DNA of 52,838 nt, from assembly GCA_027623675.1 (NCBI GenBank), contig JAQBVF010000025.1:1-52838 (forward strand), read 5' to 3'. Under the pieces are notes generated by a model. That model saw nothing but the letters and a program-made list of their open reading frames with translations, did no database searches and was not told where the DNA came from. The DNA is from Chloroflexota bacterium (GTDB lineage: Bacteria; Chloroflexota; Dehalococcoidia; Lucifugimonadales; UBA3495). The position numbers and the translations under genes were made by a program. Positions 39,365 through 47,616 of the stretch are shown here, in pieces (the stretch's first letter is position 1; every line of letters starts with the position of its first letter).

Positions 39365-39700
39365 GCCTCACTTCGCGAGATGGGTTACACAAATAATACC
39401 ATCATCGCTATGGTTACCGCAATGGGCAGAGAGGCGGGTTTAAGCGATGGCTAACGTAGGTTGTGAGGACTATTCCCCAGGTGTTTTAAGTGTTCAGAGT
39501 TTAGCAACAGCCTCTTGTGAAAAGGGGCCTTGAACATCTCGCATCTTCTGGAAGATGGGCGTTAGTCTTCCCACTACCAGTAAAGGGAGACAGAGGGGGA
39601 TCTTCGCGCTCGGGCTCCAGCCGTGCCCACCGGTGGCAGTTGTGTGCGGGTTCATTGTGCGCGGGTTCAATGAAGCGGGCTGACGGCTGACACCTAACCC

Positions 39701-40933
39701 CTATTCCAACACCCCATCGTCTTCCAGCGACTGGTACTCGTCATCAGATAGGCCGATCAGGTTTTTCAGGACGTGGCTGGTGTGCTGGCCCAGCAGCGGG
39801 GCCGGCGTATCTAGACTGCCTGGGCTGACCGAAAATACCATCTCGCTGGTATCGGTGGCGTAAGGGCCGATCTCTGGGTGGTCGAGCCACTTGAAATGGC
39901 CCCGGTGCTGGAGCTGGGCGTCGTCGAAGAGGTCCCGGCAGTCGTTGACCATCCCCGCCGGAACCCCGGCGCTTTGCAGCGTCTCCATCAACGCGCCCGG
40001 CTCCCAGGAGCAGGTCCAGGCCGAGAGCAATCGGTCGAGTTCGTCCTCGTTGGCCTTCCTGCCCAGTAGGGTGGCGAACGCCGGAGTGTAGGGCCAGCCG
40101 TTGCCATCGGGAGCGATGGTCCGTTGCAGGCCCTCCCAGTGGTCGTCGGTGAAACAGCCCAGGGCCAGCCAGCGGTCGTCGCCGGCGCAGGGGTAGGCGC
40201 CGTGGGGGGCCGCGCCAGGGTCGCGGTTGCCCTGCCGGGACTGCTCCCGGCCGTTGACGGCATAATCCAGCAGCACCGGCGCGGAGAAGTGGAGGGTGGT
40301 CTCCAGTTGGGACATGTCGATGTGGATGCCCTCTCCGGTGCGGCGGCTGCGGTCCAATCCAGCGAGAATGGCGGCCACGGCGAACCTGGGGACGATGAAA
40401 TCGGTATAGGCGCCGTAGGGGTTGACCGGGTCGCGGTCGGGCCAGCCGGTCAAGTTGGTCAGGCCCACCAGCGATGACAGGACCGGCCCGAAACCCGGCT
40501 GCCGCTCCATGGGGCCGCCACGCCCCATCATGGAGGTGCTGAACAAGACGATGCCCGGATTGACCTCTTTCAGTTGGTCGAAGCCAAGCCCCCAGCTTTC
40601 CATGGTGCCGGGGGTGAAGTTCTCGGTCACCAGGTGCGCCCACTTGGCCATCCGCAGCATCACCTCGAGCGCCCGGGGGTGGCGCATGTCGACAGTGATG
40701 CCCATCTTATTGGCGTTGTAGCTGGCGAAATAACCGCTGCGGTTGATGCCGGACACGCCATCTTTGAAAGGAGCGGCCCGGCGCAGGGTCCCCGGACGTT
40801 TGACGGATTCCACGCGCACCACGGTGGCCCCGTACTCGCCCAGGTATTTGGTGGTCATGGGTCCAACGGCAACCCAGCAGAAGTCCAGGACGTTGATCCC
40901 TTCCAGGGGTTTTGTAATAGTTTGGTCCGTCAT
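39701..40933 (-). CDS. CaiB/BaiF family III CoA-transferase
   Basis: PLEGINVLDF, GATVVRVES, NANKMGI, ENFTPGTM, APHGAYPC, APLLGQHT. Confidence 0.93.
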   Translation of the reverse strand: MTDQTITKPLEGINVLDFCWVAVGPMTTKYLGEYGATVVRVESVKRPGTLRRAAPFKDGVSGINRSGYFASYNANKMGITVDMRHPRALEVMLRMAKWAHLVTENFTPGTMESWGLGFDQLKEVNPGIVLFSTSMMGRGGPMERQPGFGPVLSSLVGLTNLTGWPDRDPVNPYGAYTDFIVPRFAVAAILAGLDRSRRTGEGIHIDMSQLETTLHFSAPVLLDYAVNGREQSRQGNRDPGAAPHGAYPCAGDDRWLALGCFTDDHWEGLQRTIAPDGNGWPYTPAFATLLGRKANEDELDRLLSAWTCSWEPGALMETLQSAGVPAGMVNDCRDLFDDAQLQHRGHFKWLDHPEIGPYATDTSEMVFSVSPGSLDTPAPLLGQHTSHVLKNLIGLSDDEYQSLEDDGVLE

Positions 40934-42198
40934 TAAATCACCCGGCTCCGCTTGAGGGTCTCGATCTCCGCGCCGGAAAGACCCAATTCGCCCTGATAGA
41001 CATCAACGTTATGCTCACCGATCAGCGGGGGTCTGCGGTACAGATCCGCAATGTCCGAGCCGTCACCCGATTTGATAAAGGCGCCCGGATACTGGACGCT
41101 CACGCCCAATTCAGGATGTTCGATCTCTTTGAAATAGCCTCGGGCCTCAAGCTGGGGGTGGCCTTGGAGGGCGGCGGGAGTGGCGACCGGGAAAAGCAGT
41201 ATGCGGCGGTCCAGGCTTCCCTGCACCAATTCGGCCCTGGTGTGGCCTTTAAAGAAATCACCCAGCGGACCCCCGAGCTGGGCCATCAGTTCGGGAGTGA
41301 TCGCGCCGTAGCCCATCTCTTCCCAATCTATCGAATCCAGGGCGGCGGTATCGAAGCTGTCCTCCGCCATCCAGCCCAACAATGCCCTGGTGCTATAGGC
41401 GACGGTGCCTCCCTGGACCATGTAGTTGACATAACCATCTTTGCACGGCCAGTTGATGCGCACCCGGTTCTCGCCGGAGGTCTGCCGGTAGACGCCCATG
41501 CGCTTGAGGATGGCCCCTTCGATGTCCCAAATCTGGGGCGCGTGGGCCAGGGTTTTGGCCACGGCCTGTTGGCAGGAGACGTCCACGTATTGCCCCCGCC
41601 CGGTGGTGACTTTATAGGTGTGGGCCAACATGGCGGCGGCGGCCCCGGCCGCCGAGCCATGGAGATAGAAATGAGGGAAGCTGACCCGGATGGGCGCACG
41701 GTCGTCATCGCCGGTCAGGTACATGAACCCACCAAGGGCCATGCCGACGATGTCGGCCCCCTGGTAATTGGAGTAGGGGCCGTCCTGCCCGAACGCCGTG
41801 ATGGACACCATGACCAGCTTGGGGTTGATCGCCGACAGATGCTGATAACCCAGGCCCAGCCCCTCAAGATAGCCCGGCGCGAAGGACTCGATCAGGAAAT
41901 CGGCCTCCGCGGCCAGTTTCTCCAGCAGGGTGCGGCCGTCTTTCCGTTCCAAGTCCAGGGTGATGCTGCGTTTGTTGGCGGCATAGGCCCACCAAAAAAG
42001 GCTCTTCTCGGGGCGGGGGTCGTCGCCGTAGAAGGGGCCAATGTCGCGGGCGGGGCTGCCGCCGGGCGGCTCTATCTGCAGAACATCGGCGCCCAAGTCG
42101 GCGAGTATCTTGCCTGCAAGCAAGCCCCGGTCGTCGGTCAGATCCAGGACTCGGTAGGGAGAGAGCAGGAAGTCGATTCCCGCTTTGGCGCCGGGCAT
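40933..42198 (-). CDS. CaiB/BaiF family III CoA-transferase
   Basis: RVLDLT, LADLGADV, ANKRSITLDL, SITAFGQDGPY, PPLIGEHN; stop overlaps the next ATG. Confidence 0.92.
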   Translation of the reverse strand: MPGAKAGIDFLLSPYRVLDLTDDRGLLAGKILADLGADVLQIEPPGGSPARDIGPFYGDDPRPEKSLFWWAYAANKRSITLDLERKDGRTLLEKLAAEADFLIESFAPGYLEGLGLGYQHLSAINPKLVMVSITAFGQDGPYSNYQGADIVGMALGGFMYLTGDDDRAPIRVSFPHFYLHGSAAGAAAAMLAHTYKVTTGRGQYVDVSCQQAVAKTLAHAPQIWDIEGAILKRMGVYRQTSGENRVRINWPCKDGYVNYMVQGGTVAYSTRALLGWMAEDSFDTAALDSIDWEEMGYGAITPELMAQLGGPLGDFFKGHTRAELVQGSLDRRILLFPVATPAALQGHPQLEARGYFKEIEHPELGVSVQYPGAFIKSGDGSDIADLYRRPPLIGEHNVDVYQGELGLSGAEIETLKRSRVI

Positions 42199-42407
42199 GG
42201 TCACTCCAAGGTCGGCAGATTCGCCAGGGGCGTTCCGCAAGTATTGTAGTGTCCCCCACAATTTCGTCAACCGGCCCCGGCACAGCCGAGATTCCCGGGG
42301 CTACGGGATGATTGGACCAGCGCTTTGGCCGCTTGTACGGGAAATGCTGGGGTTGTAGGATGGAGATACCGAAACCGGAGTTTCACGGCTGATTATATGG
42401 GGAAGTG

Positions 42408-42569
42408 ATGTCCACTAGGACCAACTGGTACAGCGATCACCCGGCGGCCTGCACCTGCGCTTTCTGCAACGAGAAACGGACCATGCAGCCGGATAGGGGC
42501 AAGATCGGCCGAAACGCCAAATGCCCCTGCAATAGCGGAAAGAAGTACAAACGCTGCCACGGCAAGTGA
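42408..42569 (+). CDS. 53-aa microprotein with HxxxCxCxxC motif and SEC-C motif (absent from the ORF track)
   Basis: Manual translation [53 protein letters not shown]. Confidence 0.8.
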   Translation: MSTRTNWYSDHPAACTCAFCNEKRTMQPDRGKIGRNAKCPCNSGKKYKRCHGK

Positions 42570-42609
42570 TGAGTGGCCCGCGTTAGGCAATAGCTGGTTG
42601 TAGTTGCCT

Positions 42610-42657
42610 CAAAGAAGCAAGGGCATCCCGGTCGACCGGGATGCCCTTGCTTCTTTG
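42610..42657. terminator. Perfect 48-bp palindrome, probable bidirectional terminator
   Basis: caaagaagcaagggcatcccggtc|gaccgggatgcccttgcttctttg between convergent genes. Confidence 0.75.
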
Positions 42658-42704
42658 TAATCCCATGTCCGGGTAATCCCATGTCCGGGTTCGGCCCTGG
42701 CCGC

Positions 42705-43013
42705 CTAGCCCTCGGCGCTGCTGATCTTCACTTCGAAGTTGGCCAGCTCACCCCGGCCCATGATGTATGCGGGAGGTGGTCCGGCGTGGGCCTGCTTGAA
42801 TGAATCGCTCTGGGTCCAATTCCTGAAGTCTTCTTTGGTGTTCCAGCGGGTCACAACCAGGTATTCCTCGTGGTCTTCATCGGCGTCCAGCCGCCACAGT
42901 TCAAAGCTCTTAAAGCCGGGTTCTTTCTCTACCCCGCCCCGCTTGCCGAAGACCTCTTCCATCTCCGGTCCGTGGCCCTTCTCGACCTTGATCCGGTTGG
43001 TTACTGCGTACAT
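42705..43013 (-). CDS. ABM-family monooxygenase (IsdG/HmoA-like)
   Basis: MYAVTNRIKV, EPGFKSFEL, YLVVTRW, WTQSDSFKQAH. Confidence 0.85.
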   Translation of the reverse strand: MYAVTNRIKVEKGHGPEMEEVFGKRGGVEKEPGFKSFELWRLDADEDHEEYLVVTRWNTKEDFRNWTQSDSFKQAHAGPPPAYIMGRGELANFEVKISSAEG

Positions 43014-43116
43014 ATAATCACTCGTAATCCCTCGCCGCCGGACGGATAGCCGGCAGTCGTATTTGGGTCCGCGGGATCGATACTCTCGGGGCTGGCTGGT
43101 TGGAACTAACCCCGCG

Positions 43117-43353
43117 TTAGAAGACCAGTCGTTGGAGGAGCAGTCCGATGAGCGCGCCAACCCCGGCGCCGACAGAACCCGCTTTCAGCCCAATCGCCAT
43201 CATCAGGCCGCAGGAGACGACCTCGTGGTGCCGGTATTCGGGGTCAACGGCGTTGGGCATGTGGATACCCAGGTCTCCCCGGACCAATAGGGTGCCGATG
43301 ACGGCTATGATGCCACCGATGACAGCACCGAGCACGATGGCCAAGACTAGCAT
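43117..43353 (-). CDS. Small two-TM membrane protein
   Basis: Two Gly-rich hydrophobic segments; ggag RBS. Confidence 0.65.
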   Translation of the reverse strand: MLVLAIVLGAVIGGIIAVIGTLLVRGDLGIHMPNAVDPEYRHHEVVSCGLMMAIGLKAGSVGAGVGALIGLLLQRLVF

Positions 43354-43543
43354 TGTCGACTCCGGGAGCCTCGCGCGGCCCCGATCTGCGCACTACGGCT
43401 CCGGATGCCCGCCGCCTCCTTAGTGTATCCGGGCGGCAGCGGCCAATTCAACGCTCCGGGGAGCCGTGTCCGGCCAATGGTAGAGGTTCCACTCTCAGAA
43501 CAACCGATCGGACCATCTGATCCGGTCCGGGAGCGCACCCCGC

Positions 43544-43942
43544 CTATTGGACGGTGCAGCCTCTGATCTCCACTCCGATGAACAGCTTGCCGCCCCGGCC
43601 TTTCATGGTAACGGTCTGGCCTTCTTCAAGTTGGAGCATGACGGGGTCTTCGTTATCGCTGAAATTGCAGCGGACGCCCTCTTCCAGGTCCACGTAGGCG
43701 GTGTGCAAGAATCCCCGGTATATCTCCTTGATGACGCCGGTGACTACGATGACCCTGCCCTCGTATTTCTCTTCAGCGGAAGTTTCGTTGGAGGCGAATT
43801 CACCCGCCAGCTCGGCAGCGGTTAGTCTAAAATCCGGCTCCAGGTTGGCGATGGATCTTGCGATTTCAGTTTCTGTTTCACAGGCTGCCAACAGAGCCAG
43901 CAATACGGCCAGTATTCCCGCGGATATCAATCTCTTAGGCAT
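43544..43942 (-). CDS. OB-fold lipoprotein (tRNA_anti-like)
   Basis: Lipobox LAAC; LTAAELAGEFASNE..AEEKYEGRVIVVTGVI, LEEGQTVTMKG. Confidence 0.8.
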   Translation of the reverse strand: MPKRLISAGILAVLLALLAACETETEIARSIANLEPDFRLTAAELAGEFASNETSAEEKYEGRVIVVTGVIKEIYRGFLHTAYVDLEEGVRCNFSDNEDPVMLQLEEGQTVTMKGRGGKLFIGVEIRGCTVQ

Positions 43943-44219
43943 GTACCGATTCCCGCCCTGCGCGACCTTTGGATGGAGCTGAATGGAGCGCGATTAGCTT
44001 ACCATGGGGGATGCATTTCTTTAAGCAGACCAGGGGCTTGCAGGGTCCATGGGTATCGGTGAGCAGGTATCGCCTCGGACGGCAAAGGACGTTGCCTCAG
44101 GACCGGTGCCCCAAGGGCATAACAGCGCCAATCAAGACGGTGGCGGCCCATGGCCGCTCTCCCCGACAGCAACTCGCCGACTGTGATACTCGGCTGGAAT
44201 TAGCCGCGCTGCTTCATCA

Positions 44220-44675
44220 TTAGCTGGGGCGAACCATCTCTCCGAAGCGCTCCCAGTGGACCATCTCTTACATCTTCTTTCTTGGCGTGCCCGGCGGTTT
44301 CGGCGAATCGGCACGGTAGCCGAACGGCAGCAGCGTTATCAACTCCATACCCTCCGGGATGCCCAAAAGCGCCTTCACCGCCACCTGCTGGTCCGCCTCC
44401 CGCACGCCCACGAAACACATCCCGACGCCTTCAGACCAGGCCATCAGCTCCATCTGCTGCAGGGCCCGGCCCGCGTCCAGTTGGGGCCGGGGCGCATCGT
44501 CCATCACCACTGCGATAGCCATGGGCGCCTGGGCGATGAACGGGCCCTGCGTCGCAATCTTCCCCAGTTCCGTCAGGGTCTCCCGGTCTCTGATGACGAT
44601 GAAGCTCCACTTCTGGGTGTTGCTGGAACTGGGCGCCCAGCGGGCTGCTTGCAGTATCCTGCTGGCGAGTTCGTT
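44220..44675 (-). pseudogene. Nitroreductase pseudogene (5'-truncated, internal TAA)
   Basis: ILQAARWAPSSSNTQKWSF...DAGRALQQMELMAWSEGVG...PFGY...RKKM*EMVHWERF; no start codon in frame upstream. Confidence 0.8.
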
Positions 44676-44840
44676 GCAGCGGGAGCCGGACCCTACTAGC
44701 CAACGTTACTAACTTCGGGGTAAGGTCAAGAGTAGCAACGAGGTCGGCATAGGCGAGCAACCGGATCACGATCAGACCATAGTTTCTCTTGATCCATCGC
44801 CAGACTGTTCCTGTATAGCCCCTAGCATGAGGCGAGCAGC

Positions 44841-45131
44841 ATGCGTGTGAGAGTCCAAACCGTGAATCAATTACCTAGAAGGTATACTTCGATCCGCGAT
44901 GCTATGGTCAAGTCCGAAAAGGAAGGTCTTAACGAATATCTTCTTGTCACGGAGGACAAAAACTCGAAACCAATGGGTGTCTACAAGGTAGACGCGGGCG
45001 ACGCAAAAATTACGATTTTTACCGCGGACTCGAGGTCTGAGACCAAAAAGGTGATTTCGGAATTAAGGAAACATCTCCATCGGGAAATCATATATTCGTA
45101 CCACGATGGATGGTTGAGGGAGCCCCTGTAG
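44841..45131 (+). CDS. Hypothetical protein in the decayed island
   Basis: 96-aa lower-GC ORF with gagg RBS, abutting the IS3 fragment. Confidence 0.45.
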   Translation: MRVRVQTVNQLPRRYTSIRDAMVKSEKEGLNEYLLVTEDKNSKPMGVYKVDAGDAKITIFTADSRSETKKVISELRKHLHREIIYSYHDGWLREPL

Positions 45132-45652
45132 GACTGGTATCGGCGGCACGTGGTGGCCTGGCGGCTTTTCAACACCCTGGAAGCCGACTTCTGCGTCGAG
45201 GCTTTGGAAGCGGCACTGGGCGAGGCGACCCCCGAGGTCTTCAACACCGACCAGGGGAGCCAGTTCAACGGTGAGGGCTTCACCGGCCGCCTGGAGCAGC
45301 ACGGAGTCAGAATCAGCATGAACGGCAAGGGCCGGTACGCCGATAACATTTTCGTGGAAAGGCTGTGGCGGGCGGTGAAGTACGAGGAGGTCTATCTGAA
45401 GGCCTACTCGGACGGACAAGAGGCCAGGGTGCGGATGGCCGACTACTCCTGATTTTACAACAACCGCCAGCCCCACCAGGCCCTGAGCTACCGGACACCG
45501 GCGGAAGTGTTCAACGGCGAGAAAGAAGAATCAACGGAACAGACGAAAGAGAGGGGGTGGTTCCCAGGCAGAGAATTGGTAGACCTCGCGGAGACAGCGG
45601 GACCCTCACTTAATATCACCCCAATCCTGTCTTAATAATGGGGTCCACCTAA
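45132..45652 (+). mobile_element. IS3-family transposase (OrfB integrase core) fragment with right end
   Basis: DWY..VVAWRLFNTLEADFC, FNTDQGSQF, DNIFVERLWRAVKYEEVYLKAY; premature TGA at 45450; terminus ...atggggtccacctaa. Confidence 0.88.
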
Positions 45653-46071
45653 CAGTCCAGCCCACTAAAACCCGAGCTGGTCGCCGTTCGTTAAACATCG
45701 ATGCGGGTACTGTGGCTGTACTGAGGGCCCATCTGGGCAACCAATTACTCCATAGGTCGGACCTGGGTAGCACGTACCAAGAAAACGGCTATGTGTTCCC
45801 GGATTTGCTTGGGGAGCCCCTAAATCCCATGAAGCTCACCAGGGCGTTCCAATCCCTTGCCAGGCAGCAGGGTGCTCAAAAGGCGAAGCTACACGATCTC
45901 CGTCATTTCCACGCCACAGTTCTATTGCAGAACGGCGAGAGTATTCTGCTCGTAGCAAAAAGGCTCGGGCACGCCAGTGTGAGTACGACGGGGGACGTTT
46001 ACGGTCACCTGCTTCCCGGATGGCAGCAGGAGGCCGCAGACGGATTCGCCAGGGTTATGAGAGAGGCATAG
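45653..46071 (+). pseudogene. C-terminal remnant of a tyrosine integrase, cut by IS3
   Basis: PTKTRAGRR, HDLRHFHAT, RLGHASVSTTGDVYGH catalytic motifs; N-terminal part missing. Confidence 0.85.
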
Positions 46072-46077
46072 CTGAAA

Positions 46078-46099
46078 AAATGTCGGCAAAATGTCGGCA
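46078..46099. repeat. 11-bp direct repeat, probable integrase arm-type sites (left element)
   Basis: aaatgtcggca x2 between the integrase stop and the tRNA fragment. Confidence 0.6.
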
Positions 46100-46162
46100 A
46101 TTTCAGTTCTCGGCCCGGTAATTTCGGAGCTGTAGTCACGAAATACTAGAAGAAAAAGACTA

Positions 46163-46217
46163 TGGTGCCGAAGGTCAGAGTCGAACTGACACGGGCTCAC
46201 ACCCACCGGTTTTTGAG
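46163..46217 (-). other. att site: 3' half of tRNA-Leu(CAA), anticodon loop to CCA
   Basis: CTCAAAA-ACCGG-TGGGTGTGAGCCCGT-GTCAG-TTCGACT-CTGAC-CTTCGGC-A-CCA; 5' half absent; flanked by two integrases. Confidence 0.85.
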
Positions 46218-46336
46218 TTGTAGGACGTCCATCTAATCCTGTCCCCGAGAATCTGGTCCTGTATCGCCTTGTTTTCCGATTCGTGTCTGAGGGAGCGGAT
46301 CCGTCTGTTTTGATTACATCCTGTTCCAATGAGTTC

Positions 46337-46358
46337 GTGACCATTTTGTGACCATTTT
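46337..46358. repeat. 11-bp direct repeat, probable integrase arm-type sites (right element)
   Basis: gtgaccatttt x2 next to the integrase stop. Confidence 0.6.
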
Positions 46359-46377
46359 GTCCATTCGTGATCGCAAC

Positions 46378-47508
46378 TTAAACGGTTCCATCAGACAGGG
46401 CTTCGTCCAGAGCGAGTGCCGCCTGTTCCTGGAGCCCAGGTAGCACATGACTATAGATATCCATCGTCACCGCAATGTTGCTGTGGCCTAGTCGCTCACT
46501 AACAATCTTAGGATGGACTCCTTGTTTGAGGAGCAGGGTCGCGTGGGCGTGTCTCAAGCCGTGGAAGGTCAAAGACGGAAGCCCTTCATTGCGGACGATA
46601 AAACGAAAGTCCTTACTCACGCTCTCCGGATCCACTGGGGTGCCGTCCGATTGGGTAAAGACGTACCCAATGTTATCCCACGCGTCACCTGCAATCAATC
46701 GTTGCTCAATCTGACGGCCTCGAATCCCATGTAACAAGTCAACAGTCGCCGGGCTGAGAGCGATTGACCGCCGTGACCGGGGCGTCTTCGGTTGGCCCTC
46801 GACCAAACCTTTGCCAGAGAGTCGTTGGAGTGTGCTAACCACGGCCAATTTGCCGCCCGTGAGGTCCACGCTCTCCCATTTCAATCCGCAAGTCTCGCTA
46901 CGGCGCATCCCACTCAGGACAGCCAAGTGGTACAGGTCCCGAAATCGGCTATTCCGCGCTGCCTCTAAGAAGCGATTGACCGTAGCCGCGTCCCACATTT
47001 TCGTTTCCCTGAGTTGAGGCTTTGGCGGAGTCACTCCGTCGGCCACGTTGCGCAAGAGTAGACCCCACTTGACCGCATGTCCAAGGGCTTGTTTTAACAC
47101 CCGATGAGTGTGCAGGACGGTCCGTGCACTTAAACCCCGATCCAGCATCGCCGCATACATCCCTTGGATTTCTCTTGGAGCCAGTGCCTGCAACGAAACT
47201 GATCCTAATGCAGGCCGAATGTATCTACTGATGTTGCCCCGGTATCCCTCCTGAGTCCGCAAAGTGGTATTCGTAGCGGCATAATCAACAAGCCATCGGT
47301 CCATGAATTCACCAACTGTTTCCTTGTCCTTTGGGACATACCCGCCGTTCTCAATTGCTGCCAGCCGTTCCCGTAAAACTCGTTCGGCCTCTTTCTTCGT
47401 GCCCTTGACGGTCTCCGTAATCTGCTTCCGTCTCCGATTGCTGACCTGTGGACCGTCGTATCGGAGCCTCCAGCTACCTCTGGAACGCTGCTCAATGCTT
47501 CCTCTCAT
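46378..47508 (-). CDS. int: Tyrosine recombinase/integrase (ICEBs1/phage-like)
   Basis: MRGSIEQR arm-binding N-terminus, GMRRSETCGLKW, PKTPRSRR, FHGLRHAHAT, RLGHSNIAVTMDIYSH; aggagg RBS. Confidence 0.95.
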   Translation of the reverse strand: MRGSIEQRSRGSWRLRYDGPQVSNRRRKQITETVKGTKKEAERVLRERLAAIENGGYVPKDKETVGEFMDRWLVDYAATNTTLRTQEGYRGNISRYIRPALGSVSLQALAPREIQGMYAAMLDRGLSARTVLHTHRVLKQALGHAVKWGLLLRNVADGVTPPKPQLRETKMWDAATVNRFLEAARNSRFRDLYHLAVLSGMRRSETCGLKWESVDLTGGKLAVVSTLQRLSGKGLVEGQPKTPRSRRSIALSPATVDLLHGIRGRQIEQRLIAGDAWDNIGYVFTQSDGTPVDPESVSKDFRFIVRNEGLPSLTFHGLRHAHATLLLKQGVHPKIVSERLGHSNIAVTMDIYSHVLPGLQEQAALALDEALSDGTV

Positions 47509-47616
47509 TCGGTGTTTCCTCCTTTTATTGCCTACCAATATCGCGGCTGGCGGATTTTGGAATGTCATCAATCAACCAAGTAAACACCCGGGCCGGATCA
47601 GATGACCTAATCGGGC

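Larger units (their letters stand above)
36813..39514 (-). mobile_element. 2702-bp passenger-carrying insertion sequence (DDE transposase of the IS4/IS5/IS1182 clan)
   Basis: TIRs ggggctgttgcgaaactc (36813-36830) and gagtttagcaacagcctc (39497-39514), 16/18 identical; 9-bp direct repeats ttgtgaaaa at 36804-36812 and 39515-39523; internal transposase; lower GC than flanks. Confidence 0.88.

Noticed and set aside
37664..39454. 596-aa plus-strand ORF spanning the IS interior
   Set aside because: It is in codon register antisense to both the transposase and the wHTH-like gene, crosses the tRNA and promoters, and has no recognisable motifs; treated as a shadow ORF.
576..42283. Many long overlapping alternative-frame ORFs (e.g. 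2107-3210, 29432-30547, 41011-42249)
   Set aside because: Typical high-GC shadow frames over well-supported genes, with low-complexity R/P/G/A-rich translations.
46163..46217. Functional tRNA-Leu(CAA) gene
   Set aside because: The 5' acceptor strand, D arm and 5' anticodon stem are missing; it is an att duplication.
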